A stretch of DNA of 47,577 nucleotides from Candidatus Anoxymicrobiaceae bacterium. Its GTDB lineage: Bacteria; Actinomycetota; Geothermincolia; Fen-727; Anoxymicrobiaceae. Positions 8,647 through 17,697 of the stretch are shown here, piece after piece. Every line of letters starts with the position of its first letter. Positions within the stretch are counted from its first letter, which is position 1. The stretch is taken from assembly GCA_036508635.1 (NCBI GenBank), contig DATCGY010000151.1:1-47577 (forward strand), read 5' to 3'. Below the pieces are notes generated by a model. It was given only the letters and a program-made list of their open reading frames with translations. It had not been told where the DNA came from and did no database searches. Both the position numbers and the translations under genes were made by a program.

Positions 8647-9576
8647 ATGATCTACACGCTTACGATGAACCCGACACTTGACATCACCTACGTTGTCAAC
8701 GAGATCGGCTTTGGCGAACCCGTGCGCGCCCTGGAGGTCGTGAAGACTCCCGGGGGCAAAGGGATCAACGTCTCCCGGGCTTTGCGCGCGATGGGAACGG
8801 ATTCGGTCGCGATGGGCATGGTCGGGGGGTACGTGGGGGAGGAGGTCCTCGACCTGCTCCAAGAAGAGGGACTTATCCTGCAGATAGCCAAGATCAAAAG
8901 TGAGACCCGCACCAACGTCATTGTAGTAGCGAGGCACGACAACCGGCAGCTAGTCATCAGGGCCGTGGGGCCACCCGTCGACCGTGGTGAGACCGAGACC
9001 TTCACTGGCATGATATTCCGCACCGCGGTAGCACCCGAGGTTCTAGTACTGTCAGGCTCGCTGCCCCCCGGCGCGGATCCAGGCATCTACCGGGAGATAA
9101 CGGTGGAGGGCAAGTCCAGGGGGTCGAAAGTCGTGATCGACAGTGAAGGACCGCCGCTCTCCGAGGGTATCCAGGCCGGTCCATTTCTGATCAAACCCAA
9201 CCTCATGGAGCTTCAGGAACTGGCCGGACGGAGCCTGGCCACGGACAAGGAGAGAATCGAGTTCTGCAAGACGCTGAACGAGCGCGGTGTCGAGATGGTG
9301 GTCGTATCCATGGGTCCCGATGGCGCTTTGCTCGTCAGCGACGACGCCGTACTACGCGGGCACGTGCCTTCACTGTCCGACGACACCGTGGGAGCTGGAG
9401 ATTCAATGGTTGCGGGCCTCCTCATCGGCATGGTCCAGGATTTGCCCATCGAACGGACTTTTCACATCGGGCTTGCATGCTCCGTTTCCGCCGTAATGAA
9501 CGAGGGCCCCGGGCTGGCCGAGCCGGAGACTTTCGCCGCCGCTTTCCCTCGGGTGAACATAGAGAAGCTGTCTTAG
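8647..9576 (+). CDS. pfkB: PfkB-family sugar-phosphate kinase (1-phosphofructokinase / tagatose-6-P kinase type)
   Basis: The N-terminus MIYTLTMNPTLDITY, the motif PGGKGINVSRAL and the C-terminal GAGDSMVAG anion-hole motif support the call. The start is moved to ATG 8647. Confidence 0.85.
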   Translation: MIYTLTMNPTLDITYVVNEIGFGEPVRALEVVKTPGGKGINVSRALRAMGTDSVAMGMVGGYVGEEVLDLLQEEGLILQIAKIKSETRTNVIVVARHDNRQLVIRAVGPPVDRGETETFTGMIFRTAVAPEVLVLSGSLPPGADPGIYREITVEGKSRGSKVVIDSEGPPLSEGIQAGPFLIKPNLMELQELAGRSLATDKERIEFCKTLNERGVEMVVVSMGPDGALLVSDDAVLRGHVPSLSDDTVGAGDSMVAGLLIGMVQDLPIERTFHIGLACSVSAVMNEGPGLAEPETFAAAFPRVNIEKLS

Positions 9577-9593
9577 CCTACGCTTCGATCGAC

Positions 9594-10299
9594 CCCCTGC
9601 AGCTCGATAGGACATTGGGGATCGCGGGACAGATCGTAGCGGCGCTGGCGTATGCGCACTCGAGAAACGTGATCCATCGTGACGTCAAGCCGGACAACGT
9701 ATTCTTGTTACAGTCGGATGTCGTAAAGCTGGGTGGGAGGATTATCCGCGGTCATTCTCGCCGGCATAGTCGTACTGTCGCTGTTCCTTGCTGGAGTGTT
9801 CTCGACCGCCGTTGGGGAGACCAAAGTGCCAAACCTCATCAACCTCCCGAGACAGCAAGCCGGGCCGGTGCTCAAAGAAGCGGGGCTGGAAAGCGGCAAG
9901 GTGACCGTTGGTTTTTCGTACGACATCTGGAAAGACAAGGTGATGAAACAGATGCCGAGCGCAGGTACGGTAGTAAATAAAGAATCAACAGTCGACTACG
10001 TGGTCAGCCTCGGAAACGATGTAGTCAAGGTGCCGGATGTTATCAATCAGCCAGAGGCCACAGCCACGCAGATACTGAAGAACTTCGGTTTTGCTGTGGT
10101 GAAGGCTACCAATTCCAAAACGGGCGTCCAGGTCGGCTTTGTGATAGCGACGCACCCTGCTCCGGGAACACTTCAATCGAAGGGAGCCAAAGTCGCGATG
10201 GTCGTGAACACGGCTCAGGCATCTCAATCCGGGGCCCAGGCCACTCAACCTCGTAAGTTGCCGGTCAGACAGAGAACGCTGCCGATTCCAGGGCAGTGA
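9594..10299 (+). pseudogene. Remnant of a PknB/PrkC-type Ser/Thr kinase: a catalytic-loop fragment, then a frameshifted TM segment plus 2 PASTA domains
   Basis: Frame 3 (9594-9731) encodes LGIAGQIVAALAYAHSRNVIHRDVKPDNVFLLQSDVVKL, covering subdomains VIa/VIb only. There is no Gly-loop, VAIK or DFG/APE motif. Frame 1, from GTG 9733, encodes a TM helix and two PASTA repeats. Confidence 0.65.
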
Positions 10300-10363
10300 T
10301 GCATGCCCCGAGTTAAGCCTTCCTGCTTTGATATAATTCTCGCGGCAAGAGGAGGGGAGCAAC

Positions 10364-10891
10364 ATGGATTACCTGGATGGCCGTATGGAGATCATCGAGG
10401 GTGACATAACAAGGCTGGACGTGGATGCGATCGTCAATGCCGCCAACAAGACGCTGCTCGGTGGAGGAGGGGTCGACGGGGCCATACACAAGGCCGCCGG
10501 CCCGAAGCTCCTCGAGGAAACGCAAACCCTTGGCGGCGCCCGGACGGGAGAGGCAAAGATCACGGCGGGTTACAAGCTTCCCGCAAGGCACGTTATCCAC
10601 GCTGTCGGTCCCGTCTGGCACGGTGGCAACTCGAACGAGGACGCGCTACTGGCCGATTGCTACCGGAACAGCCTGGCCTTGGCCGTGTCGAACGGCCTGA
10701 CGACGATCGCTTTTCCCTCGATAAGCACCGGGGTATACGGTTTTCCAATAGAAAGGGCCGCGCGGATCGCCCTTGGTGAGATCAAGTCATTCCTGGAGCG
10801 TGAGCCCGGTTTCGAGAAGGTCGTCTGTTGCACGTTCGGCCCGCGGGACCTCAAGGTGTACCTCGCCGCGGCATCCGAAATACTCGGTTGA
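10364..10891 (+). CDS. ymdB: Macro-domain protein (O-acetyl-ADP-ribose deacetylase, YmdB-like)
   Basis: The motifs are [34 protein letters not shown] and [13 protein letters not shown] strong RBS (GAGGAGGGGAG) is present. Confidence 0.9.
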   Translation: MDYLDGRMEIIEGDITRLDVDAIVNAANKTLLGGGGVDGAIHKAAGPKLLEETQTLGGARTGEAKITAGYKLPARHVIHAVGPVWHGGNSNEDALLADCYRNSLALAVSNGLTTIAFPSISTGVYGFPIERAARIALGEIKSFLEREPGFEKVVCCTFGPRDLKVYLAAASEILG

Positions 10892-11116
10892 CCCTTCACT
10901 GCCGGTTGAACGGAGAGGGTCAGGGGGGCTCCATACACGGGCCCTACAGACCCGGCTAAAGCAGGGAACCCCCTCCAGGGCGGGAGTTGTGGCGTGGCTA
11001 CTGTGACCAGGGCCGTTCTTTGCGAGGTTGGTCGCATTTGGTAATCGGTATTGATATGCGTCAGGGCGTGGAAGTCGTAATGCTGTTACATTCTTACCAT
11101 TCAAGGGGGTCTTGAG

Positions 11117-12109
11117 ATGCCGGATGAACGCTACGTAAAGCTCGCCGAAAAGATCGGGATGGGATCGTCGGAGTTAATTCCTCGACTCTTCGAGAAGCTA
11201 GCCAGCGCCGAAGAGGCTGACGTGCTGTTCGACCTTCCCGGTGACGCATCGAGCGTTGCGAAGACGGGCGGCATGGACCCGGAGGCGGCACAGAAGATGC
11301 TCGATGGCCTGTATCGAAAAGGCCTCGTCTTCAAGAAGGCGACCCCCGAAGGAACCCTGTACAGGATGTGCCGCGACCTGATGCAGTTCCACGACGCGAC
11401 GATCTTGTGGCCTGAGGCGCCGAGGGATTACCTCGACCTCTGGAATGAGTTCATGGAGACGGAGTGGCCGGCCTTTTCCGAGCTTGCCGCCAAGTTCCTG
11501 CCAAAGCCGGTGGCTCGCGTGGTACCGGTCAGCGAATCGGTTGACGCGCGGCAGCAGATTCTTGCGTTCGAGGACGTGAGGCAGATAATCGAAACGGAAA
11601 CGCCGGTCGCCGTGACGAACTGCACCTGCCGGCTCACCGCTCAAAAGTGCGACCGTCCAGTCGAGATTTGCCTTCAGGTGGGCAAGGCCGGGGAGTACGC
11701 GATCGATCGTGGCAGCGGGCGCGAGATCGACAAGGAAGAAGCCCTCAGGCTTCTCAAGGAGGCGGAAGACGCCGGACTGGTACACGTGACCATGAACAGG
11801 AACAGTGGCTTTCACTTCATATGCAACTGTTGCAATGACTGCTGCATGACGTTCCCGCTGCTCATCGAACGTCGTTTAAACCTTTGCGATCCGAGCCGCT
11901 TCGCGGCCGAGATCGACACCGGGACGTGCGAGGGATGCGGCAGTTGCGTGGAGAGGTGCTACTTCGGGGCGCTGGAGGTCGACGAGGATGCGGGAGTCTG
12001 CATCGTAGACCCCGAGATGTGCATGGGATGCGGACTCTGCCAATCCGCCTGCCCGTCAGGGGCGCTGAGGCTGGTCCAGGTGAGGGACGCCGACTTCATC
12101 CCAGGATAA
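11117..12109 (+). CDS. Fe-S protein with a C-terminal 2x[4Fe-4S] ferredoxin domain and an additional Cys-rich core
   Basis: The ferredoxin motifs are CEGCGSCVERC and CMGCGLCQSACP. Extra cysteine clusters are CTCRLTAQKC and ICNCCNDCC. The N-terminal ~70 aa look like a winged-helix domain. Confidence 0.7.
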   Translation: MPDERYVKLAEKIGMGSSELIPRLFEKLASAEEADVLFDLPGDASSVAKTGGMDPEAAQKMLDGLYRKGLVFKKATPEGTLYRMCRDLMQFHDATILWPEAPRDYLDLWNEFMETEWPAFSELAAKFLPKPVARVVPVSESVDARQQILAFEDVRQIIETETPVAVTNCTCRLTAQKCDRPVEICLQVGKAGEYAIDRGSGREIDKEEALRLLKEAEDAGLVHVTMNRNSGFHFICNCCNDCCMTFPLLIERRLNLCDPSRFAAEIDTGTCEGCGSCVERCYFGALEVDEDAGVCIVDPEMCMGCGLCQSACPSGALRLVQVRDADFIPG

Positions 12110-12183
12110 AAAAAGGCCACAACCGCAGCCTCGGGAAGGTATCCCGGAGATGACGGGCGAGTTATGACTGGAGGAACAGGGAA

Positions 12184-12384
12184 TTGCCTGTATACGAGTA
12201 TCAATGCACGGTATGCGGGGAGAGGACGCAGCGCCTCCAGGAGGTTGGAGAAGACTCCACGGGCAGGACGTGTCGCACGTGTTGCAAAGGCGTCATCAAG
12301 AAAGTCTTTTCGGTATTCGGGACCCCGGGCGGCAATAGATCAACGCGGTCCTGTTCGCCGAACCCCGAGAGCGGCTTCAGGTGA
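12184..12384 (+). CDS. FmdB-family zinc-ribbon protein
   Basis: The sequence is MPVYEYQCTVCGERT...GRTCRTCCKG, which fits the CxxC..CxxC(C) FmdB signature. The start codon is TTG and there is a GGAGG upstream. Confidence 0.75.
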   Translation: MPVYEYQCTVCGERTQRLQEVGEDSTGRTCRTCCKGVIKKVFSVFGTPGGNRSTRSCSPNPESGFR

Positions 12385-12765
12385 AGTCCCCGTAAGTAAC
12401 TCCCGGTCGGGGAGCACTCCAAAGTTCAACATCAGGCATTATTCGATGTCCTGATGCTATACGTCCCGTGGCTGCTCTCCCTCGTACGATGTCGATTCCC
12501 GCGCCGAGCCGAACGTTGAAGGGCGCTTTTACCTCGAACCTACACAACCGGTGAAAGGGCCGGTCAAATACGAAAGGTGCCCGGTCTGCTGATCGCCGGT
12601 ACTCGAAGAATCTGGCGAATTTCCTTGGGAAACCGCACCGCCTGCACTCTCTCATCATCATCATTACTCCAACCGAACAGCGGCCTTGCTGTAGCGGTGT
12701 GCAGGTAAGCGATGATTATTTATTCTTGTACAGCACGGGCCGTCTGCCCGTCTCGCTCCAATGCT

Positions 12766-12918
12766 CTAGGGAGCTACCTTGGACATGGCTTTCTCGGCCT
12801 TCTTGGTAGCTTTTTCAGCCTGCTTTACCAGCTTGTCGGACTTCTTGGTCGCCTTGCCTGCCTTCTTGTCCAGCTTGTTGGCCTTTTTCTCGAGCTTTTT
12901 GGCCTTGCGTGCCCTCAT
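12766..12918 (-). CDS. Untracked 50-aa Lys/Ala-rich highly basic small protein (MRARKAKKLEKKANKLDKKAGKATKKSDKLVKQAEKATKKAEKAMSKVAP)
   Basis: The ORF runs from ATG 12918 to TAG 12766-12768. An RBS (GGGAGAGG) lies 5 nt upstream, and a near-consensus promoter lies at 13001-13029. 19 of the 50 residues are Lys. Confidence 0.65.
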   Translation of the reverse strand: MRARKAKKLEKKANKLDKKAGKATKKSDKLVKQAEKATKKAEKAMSKVAP

Positions 12919-13000
12919 CGTACCTCTCCCTTCTCCGTACCATAAGCCTCGCTATCGGCTTACGTCGTCTCCCATTGGAAAGAGCAGTTGCCCATCCCAT

Positions 13001-13029
13001 ATCATAACCACATGTAGATAAGATTGTAA
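13001..13029 (-). promoter_or_regulatory. Sigma-70-type promoter for the Lys-rich small gene
   Basis: The minus strand reads TTACAA, a 17-nt spacer, then TATGAT (-35 at 13024-13029, -10 at 13001-13006). Confidence 0.55.
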
Positions 13030-13074
13030 TGATAACAGAGAATCAATCAAGTGGTACAGGAGGTCGTCATCAGA

Positions 13075-13878
13075 GTGAAGCTATTGAAGCGTACGAGGCG
13101 AAAAAGGGCAATGCATGACTCCGGTACAAGCGACGATGCGACGTATCCGTACCGGCAACTTGCGCTCATTTATGACGAGCTGGTCGGGGACTCGGCTTTT
13201 GACTGTTGGCGCGAGAACTTCGACCGCCTCATCGCGCGCTACGGCATAGAGTACGAGGTCGCGGCGGATATCGCCTGCGGAACCGGCCACGCGGTGGCTT
13301 ACCTCATATCCAGGTGCGACAGGGTTTACGGGGTCGACATCTCGCCCGAGATGCTCCAGGTGGCGAGTTTCAGGGTGCGGGCACATGGCGCGACGTTCAT
13401 CGAGCAATCATTCACGGATTTCGAACTCCCCGAAAAAGTCGATCTGCTGACATGCAATTTCGACTCGCTCAACTACCTGTTGAGAGCAGAGGACGTCGCT
13501 GAAGCACTCCGGAGATTCGCGGATTCCCTCAAGCCGGGGGGTTACTGCATTTTCGATATGAACACCACCAGGGAGCTGGAACTCGAATGGGGCACCTCGG
13601 TATTCGTGCACCGGGTGGCTAATGGTTTTACGATATGGGAGTCCGAATGGGACCCGCAGTTGAGAATAAACAGCCTCAGGATGACCAACTTCATCCTGAG
13701 GGAGGACGGTCTGTACGAGAGAAGCGAAGAGATGCATCGCGAGCGCTCATACGACCTGGACTTCCTGATCGACGGACTGCGCGACGCGGGATTCTCGAAC
13801 GTGGAGGCCTACGACGCAAAAGGCCTGGCGGTGGTCAACGAAGATACGAGAAGGGTACATTTCCTCGCGCGCCGTTGA
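13075..13878 (+). CDS. Class I SAM-dependent methyltransferase
   Basis: Motif I is DIACGTGH, followed by LKPGGYCIFD. The start is uncertain: GTG 13075 lies 11 nt after AGGAGG, and ATG 13111 is the alternative. Confidence 0.8.
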   Translation: MKLLKRTRRKRAMHDSGTSDDATYPYRQLALIYDELVGDSAFDCWRENFDRLIARYGIEYEVAADIACGTGHAVAYLISRCDRVYGVDISPEMLQVASFRVRAHGATFIEQSFTDFELPEKVDLLTCNFDSLNYLLRAEDVAEALRRFADSLKPGGYCIFDMNTTRELELEWGTSVFVHRVANGFTIWESEWDPQLRINSLRMTNFILREDGLYERSEEMHRERSYDLDFLIDGLRDAGFSNVEAYDAKGLAVVNEDTRRVHFLARR

Positions 13879-13977
13879 CCGCTCAAACTCCGCTCAAAGC
13901 GCAACGGTCCGGGCATGGGGCAGACCAACCACCAGCGAAAGATCTCCGTGGGTTGAACCGGCGAGCGTGACGGGCGC

Positions 13978-15261
13978 CTATTGTGGGGCTTTGATATTGT
14001 AAGGCTGACCGGTGGCCGCAAGGTCAAACGTCATGGTCACATTAGTGCTGGCGCCCTGGATCATGACATTGAACACCTGGACCGTCATCTTCACGACCGT
14101 GGAGGAAGCGCCATCGATCCAGACTTCGACGACGGCGTCGCTGGCTCCGCTCTGTGCCCCCACTCCAAGCGCCGTCGAGATCAGCTTCGGGTGGATCCTG
14201 TACTTGTAGTGCAGGCAGTTGGCGGTGCCGATCGCCTGGGTGCCCAGGTCCTCGACGCTTGAGAAATCACGCCAGAGTCCAAGAGCGTCGGCGGTGGATT
14301 GCCCGGGATCCACAGTCTGCCACGCGGGGCCGTTTCCGTAGACCTTGTCTCCGATCTGCATAGCCGCCGTCACCCCCGGCTTTCCGGGCGTTCCGAGGCT
14401 CAACACCCAATACGTCTTGTCAGGTGTCTCGAAAAGGAGTTTGCCCGAGCCGCCGTACTGGGCTCCGTCGGCCGTTTCGAACGCGGCCGTGATGTTGTAC
14501 TGGAAGCTGGGAAGCCGTTGCATCACACCGGCCACGCCGCGTATCTTCTTTGCCTTTCCGCCAAGAAGCGTTCCATAGCCGCCGAACACGAAGAGGTACA
14601 CGAGTGTGAAGATGATGAGTACTCCAACGATAGCAACGATTATCTCGCGCACCCCTAAAGCACCCGCAAAGCCGGAACCGCTACCGAACTTGCGAGGGGA
14701 GCCGGTACCGGGGGCTCCCTCGCTGTAGTAATCGCTGGCAGGCGCAGTCCCCGCCATACCTGCAAGGAGGTTGGGCTTCGAGGGTTCGGTAGCCAGGGGT
14801 ATCATTGTTGACGGCCTGGGAGCGTTCATGGCCGGGGTGAAGGCATCGACTCGGAGCGCTTGTCCGCACTGCTGACAGTACCTCTGCTCCTTGGGGTTCG
14901 CGTGGCCGCACTGATCGCAGTACCTCTGTTTTTCGGCGAAATCGGCCGCGACGCCGCTTAGTTGTATCTCGGGAGGCTCGTCGGAGTCGGACGCGACCTG
15001 GTTCTCGTAAGATTCTATCGACGCCGCTGCCTCTTGCTTGTACATCTCGATATCGATCGGCGAGCCTGCGGCAGGCGGCCCCGCGTTGGCGGTCGGAGCA
15101 AGGCGAGCGTTGTCTCCCGACGCCGCAGGAATGAAAGTACCGAACGCGTCCGCCTCTCGGGGTCCTTGTCCAGATTCTACGGCATCAAGGTCTTTCGCGC
15201 ATTTCATGCAGAAGCGCGCCTGGTCGGGGTTGTCAAAACCGCAGAGCTCACATTTCTTCAA
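13978..15261 (-). CDS. Double zinc-ribbon / single-TM protein with a C-terminal extracytoplasmic beta-rich (LolA/LppX-like) domain
   Basis: Two zinc ribbons are present: CELCGFDNPDQARFCMKC and YCDQCGHANPKEQRYCQQCG. A TM helix (IIVAIVGVLIIFTLVYLFVF) follows. The start is moved to TTG 15261, 4 nt after AGAGGGAG. Confidence 0.6.
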   Translation of the reverse strand: MKKCELCGFDNPDQARFCMKCAKDLDAVESGQGPREADAFGTFIPAASGDNARLAPTANAGPPAAGSPIDIEMYKQEAAASIESYENQVASDSDEPPEIQLSGVAADFAEKQRYCDQCGHANPKEQRYCQQCGQALRVDAFTPAMNAPRPSTMIPLATEPSKPNLLAGMAGTAPASDYYSEGAPGTGSPRKFGSGSGFAGALGVREIIVAIVGVLIIFTLVYLFVFGGYGTLLGGKAKKIRGVAGVMQRLPSFQYNITAAFETADGAQYGGSGKLLFETPDKTYWVLSLGTPGKPGVTAAMQIGDKVYGNGPAWQTVDPGQSTADALGLWRDFSSVEDLGTQAIGTANCLHYKYRIHPKLISTALGVGAQSGASDAVVEVWIDGASSTVVKMTVQVFNVMIQGASTNVTMTFDLAATGQPYNIKAPQ

Positions 15262-15499
15262 ATCGCTCCCTCTTTTCGAAAGATTGACCCATGCTCGCTT
15301 GACACCTTCAGTATAACTCCGGCTCGCCTTCACGGGTCTCTCACGTGGAGGGTGGACACGGCAATACCTGGTTGCCACCCCTGGTGAGGTCGAGGGTCCC
15401 GGGTCCACCGGGATCGGTAACGGTTATACTGAATAAGTATTCGGCATACTGGTCCTTGTCCTCAAGGAACAGAAGGGGCCTGTCTGATGTTATCAGCAA

Positions 15500-17254
15500 G
15501 TGGGCAAGGAGCGTAAAGGGTCCGCCGATGGGAAACAGAGCATGACACCGGAAACGGTCAAGAACGAACAGGACGGGCAATCCGGGACAACGGACCGGGA
15601 TAGACCTGCTGCGCGTGTGGTAAATGCGATCAGGCGCCACCCTTCAGTCGTGGCAATGTGCTCCATCTTCGCGCTGTACCTGTTGACCAGGTTACTCTTT
15701 CTCGGTCGATTGCCTGTCTTTTTCGACGAGAGCATCTTCATCAGGTGGGCGCAACTGGCTCCACGTAACGGCAACTGGATGGTCTCGATGACGGATGGAA
15801 AACCGCCGATCTTCATCTGGCTTCTCATACCGTTCGTCTCCGCTTTTAAGAACCCGCTCGTCGCGGCACGCCTTCTCTCGGTGTCCACAGGAGCCCTGAG
15901 CGTATATGGGATGTTTCTAATTGGAAAGGAATTGCGTGACTGGAGGTTGGGTGCATGGGGCGCATTCCTGTACGTCATCTGTCCTTTCACGTTGTGGTAC
16001 GACCGGATAGCGATAACAGAAGGATTTCTGCTGACGGTCTTTATTTTCGGGCTCTACTTCGCGCTGCGTGCGTCCCGGTCTCTCAACCCACTTTGGTCCC
16101 TGGCCATCGGCGGTACGCTGGGCCTTGGCCTGCTGACGAAGGGCACGACTGAACTGCTCTTTGTCATAACACCGTTCGCCTTTCTCGCGCGTACCGGATA
16201 TAGAAAGGGCTCGGCGCGGGAAGGCTGCGAGGGGGAAACCGTTGGCGGAAGCGCGGGATCGTCGGTGGGGGTCAGAGAGCGCTGGACGCGATTGCAGCCT
16301 CTTGCCCGCTGGATCGTCGTAATAGTCATTTCCTTTGTACTTGCCATTGCTATATACAGCGTTCTCAGGCTCTCAAGCATGTACGGTTTGATCGCTGCAC
16401 GAAACTCCATCGCCACAAAGGGAGTCGGAGAAGTCCTCAAGCATCCGTTCGACGTATTCTTCTCAAATGTCGGAACGATTATCGGCACGACCTTTATCTT
16501 CATGACGCCACTCCTCCTGCTGGGAGGTCTTGCCGGGTTGATATACGGCGCCGTTAAGAGATGGCACCCGGCATGGTTTCTCCTTGTCTGGACGGTTGCG
16601 GTCGGCGTCGTCGAAGCGCTGGTTGCGAAGCACTGGATGTTCAACGCGATACTCCCGAGGTTCTTCCTGTCGCTCGTTCCGCCGCTCCTGCTCGGCGCGG
16701 GTTACCTGGTCATCGAGGGCGTGGCGGTCGTCCGCATGCTGGATTCGAGCCGCGCGCAGGTCGTCCGCATCCTTACAGCCGTGGTCATCTTTCTGGCCCT
16801 GGCCTTTCCACTCTATACCGACTTGATGGTCATTGCGAAGCCCGACGAAGCGGTACTTCCGTACTGGACAAGGGTCCAGTACCTCACTGACTGGCCTTCC
16901 GGATGGGGGATCAAGGAGTCCGCGGATTACATCGCAGCGCATAGTGAAGAAGGGCCGGTTGTTGTCGGGACGAACGTCAAGGGCATCGGGCTTCCGACCG
17001 ACGGCATCGAGATGTACCTGGATGGCAACAGGGATGTGGAGGTCGTGCCTTTCAGCTCAACCACTCAGGAGTTCCCACGCGAGCTCGCCGATGCCGCCGC
17101 GAGCTATCCTGTTTACGTGGTTTTCAACTCCTTCCCCGGGTACGAGAGCCCCCCGGCCGACTGGCCGCTTGAGCTCATCTCGAAATTCCCGAAAGACGGC
17201 AACAACAACCAGCACCTCGACCTGTTCAAGGTCAAGGCGACTGCGGCGCCATGA
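15500..17254 (+). CDS. GT-C glycosyltransferase, ArnT/PMT (GT39/GT83)-like
   Basis: The protein has more than 10 TM helices, a first-loop acidic motif (VFFDESIFIRWAQ) and a soluble C-terminal domain. The start could instead be ATG 15542. Confidence 0.7.
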   Translation: MGKERKGSADGKQSMTPETVKNEQDGQSGTTDRDRPAARVVNAIRRHPSVVAMCSIFALYLLTRLLFLGRLPVFFDESIFIRWAQLAPRNGNWMVSMTDGKPPIFIWLLIPFVSAFKNPLVAARLLSVSTGALSVYGMFLIGKELRDWRLGAWGAFLYVICPFTLWYDRIAITEGFLLTVFIFGLYFALRASRSLNPLWSLAIGGTLGLGLLTKGTTELLFVITPFAFLARTGYRKGSAREGCEGETVGGSAGSSVGVRERWTRLQPLARWIVVIVISFVLAIAIYSVLRLSSMYGLIAARNSIATKGVGEVLKHPFDVFFSNVGTIIGTTFIFMTPLLLLGGLAGLIYGAVKRWHPAWFLLVWTVAVGVVEALVAKHWMFNAILPRFFLSLVPPLLLGAGYLVIEGVAVVRMLDSSRAQVVRILTAVVIFLALAFPLYTDLMVIAKPDEAVLPYWTRVQYLTDWPSGWGIKESADYIAAHSEEGPVVVGTNVKGIGLPTDGIEMYLDGNRDVEVVPFSSTTQEFPRELADAAASYPVYVVFNSFPGYESPPADWPLELISKFPKDGNNNQHLDLFKVKATAAP

Positions 17255-17622
17255 CCGCACCGCATGCGTTTGAACTGACCGGGCTTGATGGAATATGCTT
17301 TGGATCAGCCAAGGAGTCCGAAGACGTCCTGGAGGTTGGCATGCAGGTCATAAGATTGAGGGAACCTTGCTACGTACAGCAGCGCGATAGCGACGTCAAG
17401 CATCTACCGGTGGAGCTGTGCAGAAAGCTGTTCGGTTGGGAATCCGCCTGCCAATCCCTCGAGATATTCATCCACCACGAGATACCGAATGTCGAGTTCT
17501 ATGCCGTGGTCGAGGTCCAAGAAGAAGGGATTACGCTGGCATCCACGGGCAAGTTGGGCATACACCACTATTTCATTCCCTGGAGCAACATAGTCGCCGT
17601 CCACGGTCATATAGCTACCTGA
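17251..17622 (+). CDS. Hypothetical 123-aa protein, translationally coupled to the upstream GT-C gene
   Basis: Its ATG overlaps the GT-C stop codon (ATGA at 17251-17254). I recognised no motif. Confidence 0.45.
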   Translation: MTAPHAFELTGLDGICFGSAKESEDVLEVGMQVIRLREPCYVQQRDSDVKHLPVELCRKLFGWESACQSLEIFIHHEIPNVEFYAVVEVQEEGITLASTGKLGIHHYFIPWSNIVAVHGHIAT

Positions 17623-17697
17623 ATGCCCTCGGCAGCTTGAGTGCCGCGGGGCGTGTGGTACACTCGGAACGGTTGCTTGCTTGCAGAGGGAGAAGTG

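Noticed and set aside
9477-9980. The track ORF of 167 aa taken as a real gene.
   Set aside because: Its first 100 nt overlap pfkB in another frame. Only residues encoded by about 9594-9731 show kinase homology; the rest is Arg-rich read-through. It is interpreted as a pseudogene fragment.
10892-11116. A G/C-rich 225-nt intergenic region whose minus strand gives short hairpins with C-rich loops (6C-RNA-like). I also checked it against the GEMM and ZTP consensus.
   Set aside because: The stems are only 4-5 bp, and I could not match any riboswitch or sRNA consensus by eye. It needs a covariance-model scan.
12377-12664. A 95-aa minus-strand ORF beginning MMMMRECRRCGF.
   Set aside because: It is Arg-rich, uses many rare codons, overlaps the FmdB stop codon and has no recognisable motif. 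It is kept only as part of a note on the unexplained gap.
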